A stretch of 64,000 nt of DNA from an uncultured Bacteroides sp. (GTDB lineage Bacteria; Bacteroidota; Bacteroidia; Bacteroidales; Bacteroidaceae). A model generated the notes under the pieces. The model saw only the letters and a list, made by a program, of their open reading frames with translations, did no database searches and had not been told where the DNA came from. The stretch spans positions 2,011,258 to 2,075,257 of the forward strand of contig OY782578.1 of assembly GCA_963677945.1 (NCBI GenBank), given 5' to 3'. Shown piece after piece: positions 10,950 to 20,404 of this stretch. A program made the translations under genes and the position numbers. Numbering within the stretch: the first letter of the stretch is position 1; each line of letters starts with the position of its first letter.

Positions 10950-13499
10950 ATGAAAATAAAGAATCTGTTCATTGTTTTATTATTGAGTAGCATCAACATA
11001 TACGCTCAAAAGAGTTTGTACTATGTAGATGGAAGTGGAGTTTTGCGTGAACGTTCCGGCAATAAGGAAGTAGCTTTTGCCGGAGTGAATTACACTTTGC
11101 CTTTTGCACATGCTTACCGTATGCACAAACAATTGGGTGTTGACTTAAAAGCTGCTATTGATAAAGATGTATATCATTTTGCCAGATTAGGCTTCAATGC
11201 CTTCAGATTGCATGTGTGGGATGTGGAGATATCCGATGCCGATGGAAATCTTCTGGATAATGAACATCTCAACCTGTTTGATTATTTACTTAGTAAGCTA
11301 AAGGAAAGAAAGATCAAAATAGTGCTTACTCCTATAGCATATTGGGGCAATGGATATCCGGAAATGGATGAGAAGTTACCCGGATTTTCTTCAAAAGGCG
11401 ATAAATGTGATATGACTCGCAATGAAACAGCGATAAAGGCTCAGGAACGCTATTTGCATCAGTTTATGAACCATGTGAATCCTTATACAGGAAAGGCTAT
11501 AAAAGCCGATCCGGATATTGTGGGAATTGAAATCAATAATGAACCTTGTCACGCTACCAGTCAGAAAGAGGCAAAAGCTTATGTAAACAGGATGACAAAT
11601 GCTATTCGCGGTACGGGATGTGATAAACCTGTATTCTACAACATTACCCAAAACACTGACCATACACAAGCTATTCTTGATTCAAAAATTGATGGATGCA
11701 CTTTCCAGTGGTATCCCACCGGACTGGTGTCAGGACATACACGTCAGGGTAACTTTCTTCCTGCAGTAGATCGCTATACAATACCTTTTGATAAGAACAA
11801 GAGCTTTAAAAATAAGTGCCGTATTATTTACGAGTTCGATGCAGCTGATGTTGCAGCACCCTATATATATCCGGCTATTGCAAGATCGTTTCGTAGTGCA
11901 GGTTTTCAGTGGGTTACCCAGTTTGCTTATGATCCTCTTGAAATGGCATGGGCAAATACAGAGTATCAGACTCACTACATGAATCTTGCCTATGCTCCGC
12001 AAAAAGCTATTAGCTATAAAATTGCGGCTGAGGCTGTTCGGAGTATACCACGATTTGCATCTTTCGGAAGTTATCCGATCGATACTATTTTCGGAGATTT
12101 CAGGGTGAGCTATAAAGAAAGTTTGAGTGAACTAAACTCTTCCGATAAGTTTTTCTATTCAAATAATACCAAAGCTATTCCGAAGGATATCAGTTCATTG
12201 AAAGAAGTTGCAGGATGTGGAACATCATCCGTTGTTTCTTATCAGGGAACAGGAGCTTACTTTCTCGATAAATTGTCCGATGGAGTATGGCGATTGGAAG
12301 TAATGCCTGATAATATCTGGACATCCGATCCTTTTGCCAAGACATCCATGAAAAAGGATGTTTCCACAATTCACTGGAGAGAGTGGCCAATTACTATTTT
12401 TCTTCCCGATTTGGGTGATACTTTTTCTTTCACAGCCATTAACGACGGCAATTCACGTAAGGGAAATGCACAACAATCCACAATCACCACCTATCCTGGA
12501 GTTTATTTACTCAAAAGACAAGGAGTATCCGATAGTAAATGGACAGCAGAATCAACCTATAAGCAAATTAGCCTGAAAGAATTTGTAGCACCGGCGGAGA
12601 GAGTCAAATCGTTTACTGTACTTCATAAATCGGCAATTGCTATTGACGAAAATAGTGCTTATAAAATAGATGCAACTGTTGTTGGTCCTACTATCCCCGA
12701 TTCGGTTATGTTATATGTGCATCACAAAGGTGAGGGGTGGTGGCGCAATCATCCTTTGAGAATGAATAATTCCTGTGGATATGGATATGAAGCTGTTGTT
12801 CCTGCAAAAAGGATAGGGGAGGGAACATTAGCCTATGTGATTACCGTTTATAAAGAATCAAAAAGTTACAGCTTTCCGGCTAATTGTGAGGGTAATCCTT
12901 CTGATTGGGATTACAATGCAGCAAACGAATGGACTACATTAATACAGAAACCTGATAAGTTTATAACTCTTTTCGATGCAAAAGAAGATTTCAATGCGTT
13001 GGAGACATATTATATAGATGGTAAGCAATATCAGAAAAAGGAAGTGGTAGGGGAGTTTCCCAGCGAACATCTCATCAGCATAAAGATTGATGAACCATCG
13101 GCCGAAGGCAATTTGTTGCTTCGCCAATATGTGAAAGATAAAATAGACGGCAGACGTCATAAGTTGGCAGACTGTAAATATCTGGCTATTCAGCTAAATA
13201 ATACTGAAAGAGTAGACTCGTTAAAGTTTGGTCTGATTTCAGATAAGGGACTAACTTACAGAACAACCGTCAATGTATCTGGTGGCAAGCAAGTATTACG
13301 CATACCGGTTACACAGCTTTCATTAGGCGAAACCATGATTCAGCCCGAAGGATATCCTTCATTTCTTCCCGATACTTTTCAACCCCAAAGCAACATACCT
13401 TTAAATATTCAGAATATTGAATTCTTTGAAATAATGACAGGTAAACACATTATGAAGAAAGATTTTAATATACAGCTAATGGGTGTTTGGTTTGAATAA
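10950..13499 (+). CDS. Clan GH-A (GH5-like) glycoside hydrolase with a long C-terminal extension
   Basis: Signal peptide; GFNAFRLH, acid/base EINNEP, putative nucleophile IYEFD; last gene of the PUL. Confidence 0.75.
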   Translation: MKIKNLFIVLLLSSINIYAQKSLYYVDGSGVLRERSGNKEVAFAGVNYTLPFAHAYRMHKQLGVDLKAAIDKDVYHFARLGFNAFRLHVWDVEISDADGNLLDNEHLNLFDYLLSKLKERKIKIVLTPIAYWGNGYPEMDEKLPGFSSKGDKCDMTRNETAIKAQERYLHQFMNHVNPYTGKAIKADPDIVGIEINNEPCHATSQKEAKAYVNRMTNAIRGTGCDKPVFYNITQNTDHTQAILDSKIDGCTFQWYPTGLVSGHTRQGNFLPAVDRYTIPFDKNKSFKNKCRIIYEFDAADVAAPYIYPAIARSFRSAGFQWVTQFAYDPLEMAWANTEYQTHYMNLAYAPQKAISYKIAAEAVRSIPRFASFGSYPIDTIFGDFRVSYKESLSELNSSDKFFYSNNTKAIPKDISSLKEVAGCGTSSVVSYQGTGAYFLDKLSDGVWRLEVMPDNIWTSDPFAKTSMKKDVSTIHWREWPITIFLPDLGDTFSFTAINDGNSRKGNAQQSTITTYPGVYLLKRQGVSDSKWTAESTYKQISLKEFVAPAERVKSFTVLHKSAIAIDENSAYKIDATVVGPTIPDSVMLYVHHKGEGWWRNHPLRMNNSCGYGYEAVVPAKRIGEGTLAYVITVYKESKSYSFPANCEGNPSDWDYNAANEWTTLIQKPDKFITLFDAKEDFNALETYYIDGKQYQKKEVVGEFPSEHLISIKIDEPSAEGNLLLRQYVKDKIDGRRHKLADCKYLAIQLNNTERVDSLKFGLISDKGLTYRTTVNVSGGKQVLRIPVTQLSLGETMIQPEGYPSFLPDTFQPQSNIPLNIQNIEFFEIMTGKHIMKKDFNIQLMGVWFE

Positions 13500-13515
13500 C
13501 AAGTAGATAGATTGT

Positions 13516-13565
13516 CCGTCGAACAGATTTTAAGTGTACATTTTATCTGTTCGACGGTTTTTTTT
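13516..13565 (+). terminator. Intrinsic terminator of PUL1
   Basis: ccgtcgaacagat / atctgttcgacgg 13-bp stem followed by a T-run. Confidence 0.85.
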
Positions 13566-13585
13566 ATATCTTAGTCAGAACAACT

Positions 13586-14206
13586 TTATTCCTTTTCGGC
13601 AACTAAAAGAAAGACAGGATATTCACGCAATATATCAGCTCTTCCTTTTTTCATCACAAAGCATTCCTCTGAAGTGATATTTGTAAATCCGACTTTTTCC
13701 ATCTTTTCTTTAAGTTGGTTCACATCAAAACCATTGTGCCCCGTAAATCCTTCTCCATGGAAAGAACCATCCTCTGAATATAAATCAGCTATAACCAGAT
13801 ATCCTCCGGGATTAAGCATTTTGTAGAATCGGTTAATTATTAATTCTGTATCAACCACGTGATGCAATGCCATTTGTGTGAATATGCAGTCAAAAGAATC
13901 ATTGCTTAACTCTTCCTGTTCGAGATTAAAAAGAATTGGTTTCAGATTTGTGGAATGATACGCAGTAATCTTCTCCTGAATAACCTTTATCATTTCTGTA
14001 GAGTTATCCATCAGTGTAATTTCTGCAAAAGTATCAGATAACATAAAGCTTAGAATTCCTGTTCCGGCTCCAAATTCCAACGCTTTCATAGTAGACTTGA
14101 ATGAAATTTTTGCAATCATTCTTTCCGCTATTGCTTTTGAACGTTCCCAATGAATGGCCTCTTTATCCCATTCACGCGCTCTATTATCAAATTCATTTAT
14201 TTTCAT
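13586..14206 (-). CDS. Class I SAM-dependent methyltransferase
   Basis: Motif I ALEFGAGTG, motif II LMDNS, FDCIF..MALHH, LNPGGYLVIAD. Confidence 0.9.
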   Translation of the reverse strand: MKINEFDNRAREWDKEAIHWERSKAIAERMIAKISFKSTMKALEFGAGTGILSFMLSDTFAEITLMDNSTEMIKVIQEKITAYHSTNLKPILFNLEQEELSNDSFDCIFTQMALHHVVDTELIINRFYKMLNPGGYLVIADLYSEDGSFHGEGFTGHNGFDVNQLKEKMEKVGFTNITSEECFVMKKGRADILREYPVFLLVAEKE

Positions 14207-14428
14207 ATTCTGTTTGTTTGCAAGTGATGACTATTTTTAAAGATTGTAATGTTAAGAAATAATTCATTAAGTGCATCTTCCTTTTACAGTTTTTACCTGA
14301 TATAAGCTTTTAATTATTCAATTAAAAGCTTATATTTCCTTTATAAATAAATGTCATATTTTTATTTGACGCGCTCATAAATCGAGATTTTTATGTAAGT
14401 TTGCCAATAACTAAAAAAAGAAAAGTGA

Positions 14429-14968
14429 ATGTATCAGATAATACTAGAAAAGGACGATTATTTAAGATTTATGCTTTTTACGGCTTCGAAATCCAAGCGA
14501 ATGAAAAATAAAAGGATTCGGAGTTGGATACTGACTACATTGGTCTTTTTAGGTCTTGGACTATTATTCTTTCAAAAAGAAGACAAGTTTCTGGCTTATT
14601 ACTTTTTCATATCTGGAGCAATTTGCCTCTTCTTTTATCCTCTTTATTATCGGTGGAGGTATAAGATATTTTATGAGAAATTTATTCAGCAAAACTACAA
14701 AAATAGGATTGGGGCTATAAGTGAAATTGGATTCGATGATGGATTTATAATCTCAAAAGACAAGTCTGGAGAAGAGAAAGTCAGGCTAACCGAGGTTGAA
14801 TTCATCTATGAAATAAAGGATAATCTGTTTATAAGAATGAAGAATGGTGAAACAATGGCTATTCCTTCTAAGATGACTGATTACACAGAATTCAAGAATG
14901 ATCTGAGCAAACTAATCAGCAATCTGGGTATTGCGTGGGAGGTGGAGCTGGATTGGAAATGGAAGTAA
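14429..14968 (+). CDS. YcxB-like membrane protein
   Basis: Two N-terminal TM helices plus a C-terminal soluble domain ending ETMAIP; TAagTTTG promoter at 14396-14403. Confidence 0.6.
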   Translation: MYQIILEKDDYLRFMLFTASKSKRMKNKRIRSWILTTLVFLGLGLLFFQKEDKFLAYYFFISGAICLFFYPLYYRWRYKIFYEKFIQQNYKNRIGAISEIGFDDGFIISKDKSGEEKVRLTEVEFIYEIKDNLFIRMKNGETMAIPSKMTDYTEFKNDLSKLISNLGIAWEVELDWKWK

Positions 14969-15018
14969 ATTATTAAGTAACTGCTCATAAAGAAAATACA
15001 TTATATTGTTATATAAAC

Positions 15019-15050
15019 GAAGGCTTCTTGCTCACAAACAAGGGGCCTTC
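15019..15050. terminator. Hairpin between convergent genes
   Basis: gaaggcttcttg / caaggggccttc stem (G-U pairs). Confidence 0.6.
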
Positions 15051-15071
15051 ATTTAATATAAATTTATTCTT

Positions 15072-16232
15072 TTACTTCAAATATTCCTCTGTTAGCGCTA
15101 CCCAATAGGCAGCACCAATAGGCAGAATATCTTGATTGAAAACGTATTGCGGATGGTGAACCATAAAAGTGTCTCCATTACCAAGCATACAGTAAGTGCC
15201 TTGTTTCTTTTCGAGCATAAAAGCAAAATCTTCGCTGCCCATATAAGGATGAACGGGGTATACCACCTGGTCGTTGCCAAATGTTTTCCGAGCTACGTCG
15301 GCAGCCCATTGAGTATTTTCCGGGGTGTTTACCAACACGGTTCCGGGTATTCCTTCACGGATTTCGTATTTACAGTTAAAGGCTTCGGCTTGTGCTTTAG
15401 TTATAGAACGAATTTTATTCAGCACCATTTCACGCAGTTTCGGTTCCATATTGCGGATGCTTAATCGCAAGATCGCAGTTTGTGGTACTACATTCCCAGC
15501 ATCTCCAGCAAGAAAAGCACCAACAGTTACTACCGAGTTTTGCCAGGGAGATACATTGCGGGATACTATGGTTTGCAATGCCATTACTAATGACGAACCA
15601 CACACTATCGGGTCTATACTTAGTTCGGGCATGGATCCGTGACTGCCTTTACCGGTAAGTTCAATTTCCCAATTGTCTACAGCTGCCATTGTTTCGTTTT
15701 CACGAAAGTGGAATTTTCCAAATGGCAAGCCCGGCATATTGTGCATTCCATATACGGCATCTACAGGAAAGCGTTCAAATAATCCGTCGGCAATCATAGC
15801 CGGACTGCCTTCCATCGTTTCTTCTGCAGGTTGAAAGATAAGGCGAACCGTTCCGTTGAAATTCTTTGTTTCCGATAAGTATTTAGCGGCTCCAAGCAAC
15901 ATAGTGCTGTGTCCGTCGTGTCCGCAAAGGTGTGATTTTCCTTCAATTTTGCTTTTATAGGGTAGGGTATTTACTTCCTGAATGGGCAGAGCGTCGAAGT
16001 CGGCACGTAGTCCAATGGAGTTTTTACCAGTGCCAACAGTCATCGAGGCTACGATTCCTGTTTTACCAACCCCTTCTTCCACATCATATCCCCACGATTT
16101 TAGTTTCCCGGCAAGATATTTTGCCGCTTCTGTTTCTTGAAGAGCCAATTCGGGGTATTGATGGAGATGGTCCATCCACTCCTTCATTTCGGAGTGAAGA
16201 GCTTTTACGCCTTCAATAATTTTACTGTTCAT
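15072..16232 (-). CDS. M20 family amidohydrolase (hippurate hydrolase/aminoacylase-like)
   Basis: LHQYPEL, GLRADFDALP, HLCGHDGH, FQPAEE, GKGSHGSMPE, MGSEDFAF, HHPQY. Confidence 0.93.
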   Translation of the reverse strand: MNSKIIEGVKALHSEMKEWMDHLHQYPELALQETEAAKYLAGKLKSWGYDVEEGVGKTGIVASMTVGTGKNSIGLRADFDALPIQEVNTLPYKSKIEGKSHLCGHDGHSTMLLGAAKYLSETKNFNGTVRLIFQPAEETMEGSPAMIADGLFERFPVDAVYGMHNMPGLPFGKFHFRENETMAAVDNWEIELTGKGSHGSMPELSIDPIVCGSSLVMALQTIVSRNVSPWQNSVVTVGAFLAGDAGNVVPQTAILRLSIRNMEPKLREMVLNKIRSITKAQAEAFNCKYEIREGIPGTVLVNTPENTQWAADVARKTFGNDQVVYPVHPYMGSEDFAFMLEKKQGTYCMLGNGDTFMVHHPQYVFNQDILPIGAAYWVALTEEYLK

Positions 16233-16335
16233 ATTCTTATGTTTTAGTACGCTTAGGGAAATCTCTTCGAAGCTTAATTAATTGCGAATATATTATTAAA
16301 ATTGAAACAATCGCTTTTTGGGGCATAGTATTCAT

Positions 16336-16367
16336 AAAAAAGGCAGAGGAATTATCTCCCTCTGCCT
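16336..16367 (-). terminator. Intrinsic terminator of PUL2
   Basis: aggcagagg / cctctgcct stem followed by a U-run on the minus strand. Confidence 0.75.
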
Positions 16368-16390
16368 CTTGTTTAGATTTTGTGTTAGTG

Positions 16391-18718
16391 TTAGTATTTA
16401 AAAGCTCCGGCTTTAACGTAAACTTTATAATCCTTAATCATTCCCGGACAACCTTTCTCTGCTCGTGGGAGGTATCTGAAACCAGTAACGACTGCATCCT
16501 TTCCAAGATCTATCACAACCTGATGAGGATAAGCTGCATTGTCTACCGCGCTCCAGAATGTAGATTCCTGAAGGTCGAATATCTTGTCGGCTGTGCGGTT
16601 ACCGCTTCTGGTCTCTTCACTATCTGCATAAAGGATTTTCCAGTTTTCACGGGATAGTGGCTGACCATCGGCTCCCAATACGTGCAGCTCTGCAACAGAA
16701 GCTATATTGCTGCCATCGAAGGAGGATAGTCCTTCCAGACAGAAATAGCGTCCTTGTACTTGCTTATCGAATTTCACTTCCTGCCAACCGTTACGGAAGG
16801 TAAATGTACCTTGTGCTGCTGCTGTTTCGTTCTGAAGTTCTAACTTCTGCCCATTCTTACGATGTGTTTCAGGAGCTTTTTCACGAAGCATATCCAGGAT
16901 TGGCTTTTTCAAACCTTTCACTATGGCTTGCTGAGGACCTTTCAGGTCGAGAACAATAATCTCGTTCTCACCTTTCTTCAGCCAGCAGCCGGGCATGTAA
17001 AGTGTTTGCTGTGGACCGATTTCCCAGATTCTGCCCATGGCATGTCCGTTTACCCAAACCATACCTTTACCCCAGGTCTGCATATCAAGGAACGTATCTC
17101 CTGTTTCTTTCAGATTGAACGTTGCACGGTAATAAGCAGGCATAGTCTGTTTGCCCTTTGCAGTATATTTCTTGTTCTGAACAAATTTATAATCAACCGG
17201 GAAGTTGTAGACTGTCCAGTTTTTCAGATTAACGGCATTGCCATTTAAAAGTAGCTCTACATTTTCGGTAATACCTTTACGGTCGTGGATAGACTTGTCG
17301 AAGTTTACACGTCCCATGGCTTCTACCAGGATATCCAGTCTGGCACCCGCTTTCAAGCCAGGAAGCGTTACGCTGTTCTCACCGTGACGGCGATCCAAGC
17401 GACCAATCAATTTACCATTCACAAAAACCTGTGCCCAGTCGTGCATTTCCGTAATCAACAATGTAGTTCCAGCTTTTACCTGAGGCAAAGTAGTGCGGTA
17501 CAGAATAGATCCCCATCCCTGGTTGAACTGTTCCATTGGTTTGATATCCACACTCTTCTTAGGAGCAGGAAGGTTTGCGAACAAAGGAGCAGCTGCTTCG
17601 AACTTGATTGCCGAAATCTCAATAACCGGATAAGCTGCAGGTACATCGGCAAGTTTTTCTCCCGGAGCAACATATTTGGAAAGAAGCTCGCGCAACTGCC
17701 AGAACTTGGGTGTTGTCCATCCGGCTTCACTGATTGGAGCATCGTAATCATAAGAACTACACATAGCAGAGTATGCCGGATTGTTGGCACCTCCCCAATG
17801 ACCGAAGGTGGTTCCTCCGTGAGTCATGTACAGACTGAAAGATATATTCTGGTCAAGCATATCCTTTAAGCCGGCAACCATAGTTGCACCATCGCGGGTT
17901 TCGTGCTTGCGTCCCCAGTGGTCGAACCATCCCGACCAGAACTCACTGCACATCAGTGGAGATTCCGGACGAAGGCTTTTTAGCTTCTTAAACTGGTTTT
18001 CAATGTTGGCACCGGTACCAAAGTTAACAGTCCACAACAAATCGTCCAATGCATTATTGGTAAAGTTAGAACTCCAGTCGCACTGGAACAAAGGAACCTC
18101 CGTAAAGCCCGATTCACGAACGATATCTCTGATTGCACTTACATAAGGCTTGTCTGTGCCATAAGAACCATATTCGTTTTCTACCTGAACCATGATGATG
18201 TTACCACCGCGAGTAATTTGCAGATCAGCCAGTTGCTTACCAATTTCCTTCATAAACTTACGCACACGTTCCATGTAATAAGTATCGAGCGTACGAAGTT
18301 TTACGTCCTTCTTAAGCAACCACCAGGGTAGTCCCCCCATTTCCCACTCAGCACATACATACGGACCGGGACGAACAATAACATACATGCCATGTTTTTG
18401 TGCTAAGCGGCAGAAACGGGCAATATCTTTGTTGCCTGTAAAATCAAACTCATCGGGATTCTGTTCGTGCAGATTCCAGAACACATACAGACAAAGGGTG
18501 TTCATTCCAAGTGATTTACACATTTCAATACGTTGTTCCCAATAGGCATCGGGAATACGCGGATAGTGTATCTCTGCTGCTTTAATAACAAAAGGCTTGT
18601 CGTTCAGCAGGAATGTATTCTTGCCTGCTTTGAATGTTCCTCCCGATTGAGATTGTACATTAGCTGCACAGGATATTAAAAGAATTACGGTGAGTATAAA
18701 AGATGTTATTCTATTCAT
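16391..18718 (-). CDS. GH35 beta-galactosidase with C-terminal F5/8 type C (CBM32-like) domain; BT0290-like
   Basis: AEIHYPRIP, RPGPYVCAEWEMGGLP, VQVENEYG (acid/base), CSEFWSGWFDHWG (nucleophile), YMTHGGT, SYDYDAP. Confidence 0.95.
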   Translation of the reverse strand: MNRITSFILTVILLISCAANVQSQSGGTFKAGKNTFLLNDKPFVIKAAEIHYPRIPDAYWEQRIEMCKSLGMNTLCLYVFWNLHEQNPDEFDFTGNKDIARFCRLAQKHGMYVIVRPGPYVCAEWEMGGLPWWLLKKDVKLRTLDTYYMERVRKFMKEIGKQLADLQITRGGNIIMVQVENEYGSYGTDKPYVSAIRDIVRESGFTEVPLFQCDWSSNFTNNALDDLLWTVNFGTGANIENQFKKLKSLRPESPLMCSEFWSGWFDHWGRKHETRDGATMVAGLKDMLDQNISFSLYMTHGGTTFGHWGGANNPAYSAMCSSYDYDAPISEAGWTTPKFWQLRELLSKYVAPGEKLADVPAAYPVIEISAIKFEAAAPLFANLPAPKKSVDIKPMEQFNQGWGSILYRTTLPQVKAGTTLLITEMHDWAQVFVNGKLIGRLDRRHGENSVTLPGLKAGARLDILVEAMGRVNFDKSIHDRKGITENVELLLNGNAVNLKNWTVYNFPVDYKFVQNKKYTAKGKQTMPAYYRATFNLKETGDTFLDMQTWGKGMVWVNGHAMGRIWEIGPQQTLYMPGCWLKKGENEIIVLDLKGPQQAIVKGLKKPILDMLREKAPETHRKNGQKLELQNETAAAQGTFTFRNGWQEVKFDKQVQGRYFCLEGLSSFDGSNIASVAELHVLGADGQPLSRENWKILYADSEETRSGNRTADKIFDLQESTFWSAVDNAAYPHQVVIDLGKDAVVTGFRYLPRAEKGCPGMIKDYKVYVKAGAFKY

Positions 18719-18726
18719 CGCATATA

Positions 18727-20316
18727 TTATTTAAAATCATAAACAACTGTTACAACAGATTTTGGCTGAATAGAGCTGTTACTAGAGCTTAATTCTTTTT
18801 CTGATAAATCAGATGAAGCATTAGTTGTGTATTGTTTCACACTTGAAGCCTTCTTTGATAATCCGTTCAACGAAAGATCTACTCCAATTATTTTAGTAGT
18901 AAGATTAGTGTATACTACTACCAATTTATCTTTTTGAGGTGAAAGGTAAGCAGAACCAAAGAATGAATTTGAGGCATTCTGTACTGTTAAGTTCACTCGC
19001 TGGTAACCAGGACGAATAAATAAACTGTAATTACCTAAAGTCCATAAAGTCTTTGTTGCCTCATGAGTACCGCTTTTTTCAATATCACCATACACTCCAT
19101 CGGCAGGAGTAGTCTTTATTAATAAGAATCTGTTTTTATGTCCCCAACGTTCCACATCCATGGAAGTCCAGTATGACCATGAAGATACATTTGCTGTAGC
19201 TAAATCGTGATGAATAACTTTAGCCATGCAGAGAGCAATGTCCATATAAGAAGCATTATCGTGTCCCGGATAATCTTCATAGTTATCACTCATCATACTC
19301 CATTCTGTTTGATAAACCTTCAGGTTTTTAGATTTAGCAGCTGTTGCCACCTGACTGCGAACATCATACATAGTAGCCCAGTTTGTATCAGTCCAATAGC
19401 TATGACCTGCAATAATAGGTGCTACATGAGTTAAATTTCCTACATAATTTACAGAACCTTCATTAAAGAAATTCTGTATAACGTCGCTACGCCCTGCATC
19501 AGTCTTTACTTTGTACAGATATTCCCAATCACCGGCTTCGGCCAATAAAATTTTTGTGTTTAGGTTCTTATCAGTAAGTGCTTTGTCCAACTCACCGGCC
19601 AGACGTTTAATTTCACTGTTTTGCCATCCGCTTCCTTCTTGTGAAGGAGAAGCCCAATTGTATTGAGGTTCATTTACCGGACTGATAAAATCAAAGTTGA
19701 TACCTTTTTGTTCTTTAAAGTAGGAGAGGGCATTTGCCATGTATTTGGCAAAATCGTCATAACAATCATCCTTTAAATTAGCAAAAGCTCCTTTTGCAGA
19801 ATATCCTTTACCATTTACAGTATAGTTCACTGGCGGAGTATTGCTGAACATAACAAAAGATTCGCATCCCAAACTCTTTGCTTTTTCTAAAAAGTATTGC
19901 TGTCCCTGATGATGGCTCCAGTCGAGCGTTCCATCTTGTTGCAGGAAGCATTCTGCTCTGCGAGATTTATCTGTAATGTCACTACTGCTACCTTGTTCTG
20001 CTGTTCCGCCACCTAGATTAAAGCGCCACATAGACAGACCAATTCCTTGCGGAGCCCCGTTTTTTATCTCCTTTGAAAAAAGAAGATTTGCAATTTCCTC
20101 CTTCTCGTCATTATTCCAATATTTTCCAATATAATTAGGAACCCAGCAATCAGAGGCTGCAAAACCATCTATTGTTTGATAAGTAACAGTGGCATCAATA
20201 GTCACATTTTTTGTTATATCTACATTAACATCTTCTTTCGGAGGTGAATCAACACCACTGTCTCCACATGAAGCTAATGAGAACATACCTATTAAAAGTA
20301 ATATATTCATTTTCAT
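18727..20316 (-). CDS. GH30 family lipoprotein glycoside hydrolase (candidate endo-beta-1,6-galactanase; subfamily inferred)
   Basis: Lipobox LASC; GIGLSMWRFNLGGG, acid/base SPVNEP, nucleophile YQTEWS, WSYWT. Confidence 0.85.
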   Translation of the reverse strand: MKMNILLLIGMFSLASCGDSGVDSPPKEDVNVDITKNVTIDATVTYQTIDGFAASDCWVPNYIGKYWNNDEKEEIANLLFSKEIKNGAPQGIGLSMWRFNLGGGTAEQGSSSDITDKSRRAECFLQQDGTLDWSHHQGQQYFLEKAKSLGCESFVMFSNTPPVNYTVNGKGYSAKGAFANLKDDCYDDFAKYMANALSYFKEQKGINFDFISPVNEPQYNWASPSQEGSGWQNSEIKRLAGELDKALTDKNLNTKILLAEAGDWEYLYKVKTDAGRSDVIQNFFNEGSVNYVGNLTHVAPIIAGHSYWTDTNWATMYDVRSQVATAAKSKNLKVYQTEWSMMSDNYEDYPGHDNASYMDIALCMAKVIHHDLATANVSSWSYWTSMDVERWGHKNRFLLIKTTPADGVYGDIEKSGTHEATKTLWTLGNYSLFIRPGYQRVNLTVQNASNSFFGSAYLSPQKDKLVVVYTNLTTKIIGVDLSLNGLSKKASSVKQYTTNASSDLSEKELSSSNSSIQPKSVVTVVYDFK

Positions 20317-20332
20317 ATTATTTCGTTAGTTT

Positions 20333-20368
20333 AAAAAGGCTCCTTTCTCCAGAGAAAGGAGCCTTTTT
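20333..20368 (-). terminator. 17-bp perfect inverted repeat between susD and GH30
   Basis: aaaaaggctcctttctc / gagaaaggagccttttt. Confidence 0.75.
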
Positions 20369-20404
20369 GTGAAAAAAACAATCTTTGTCTACCCTTATTA
20401 TTAA

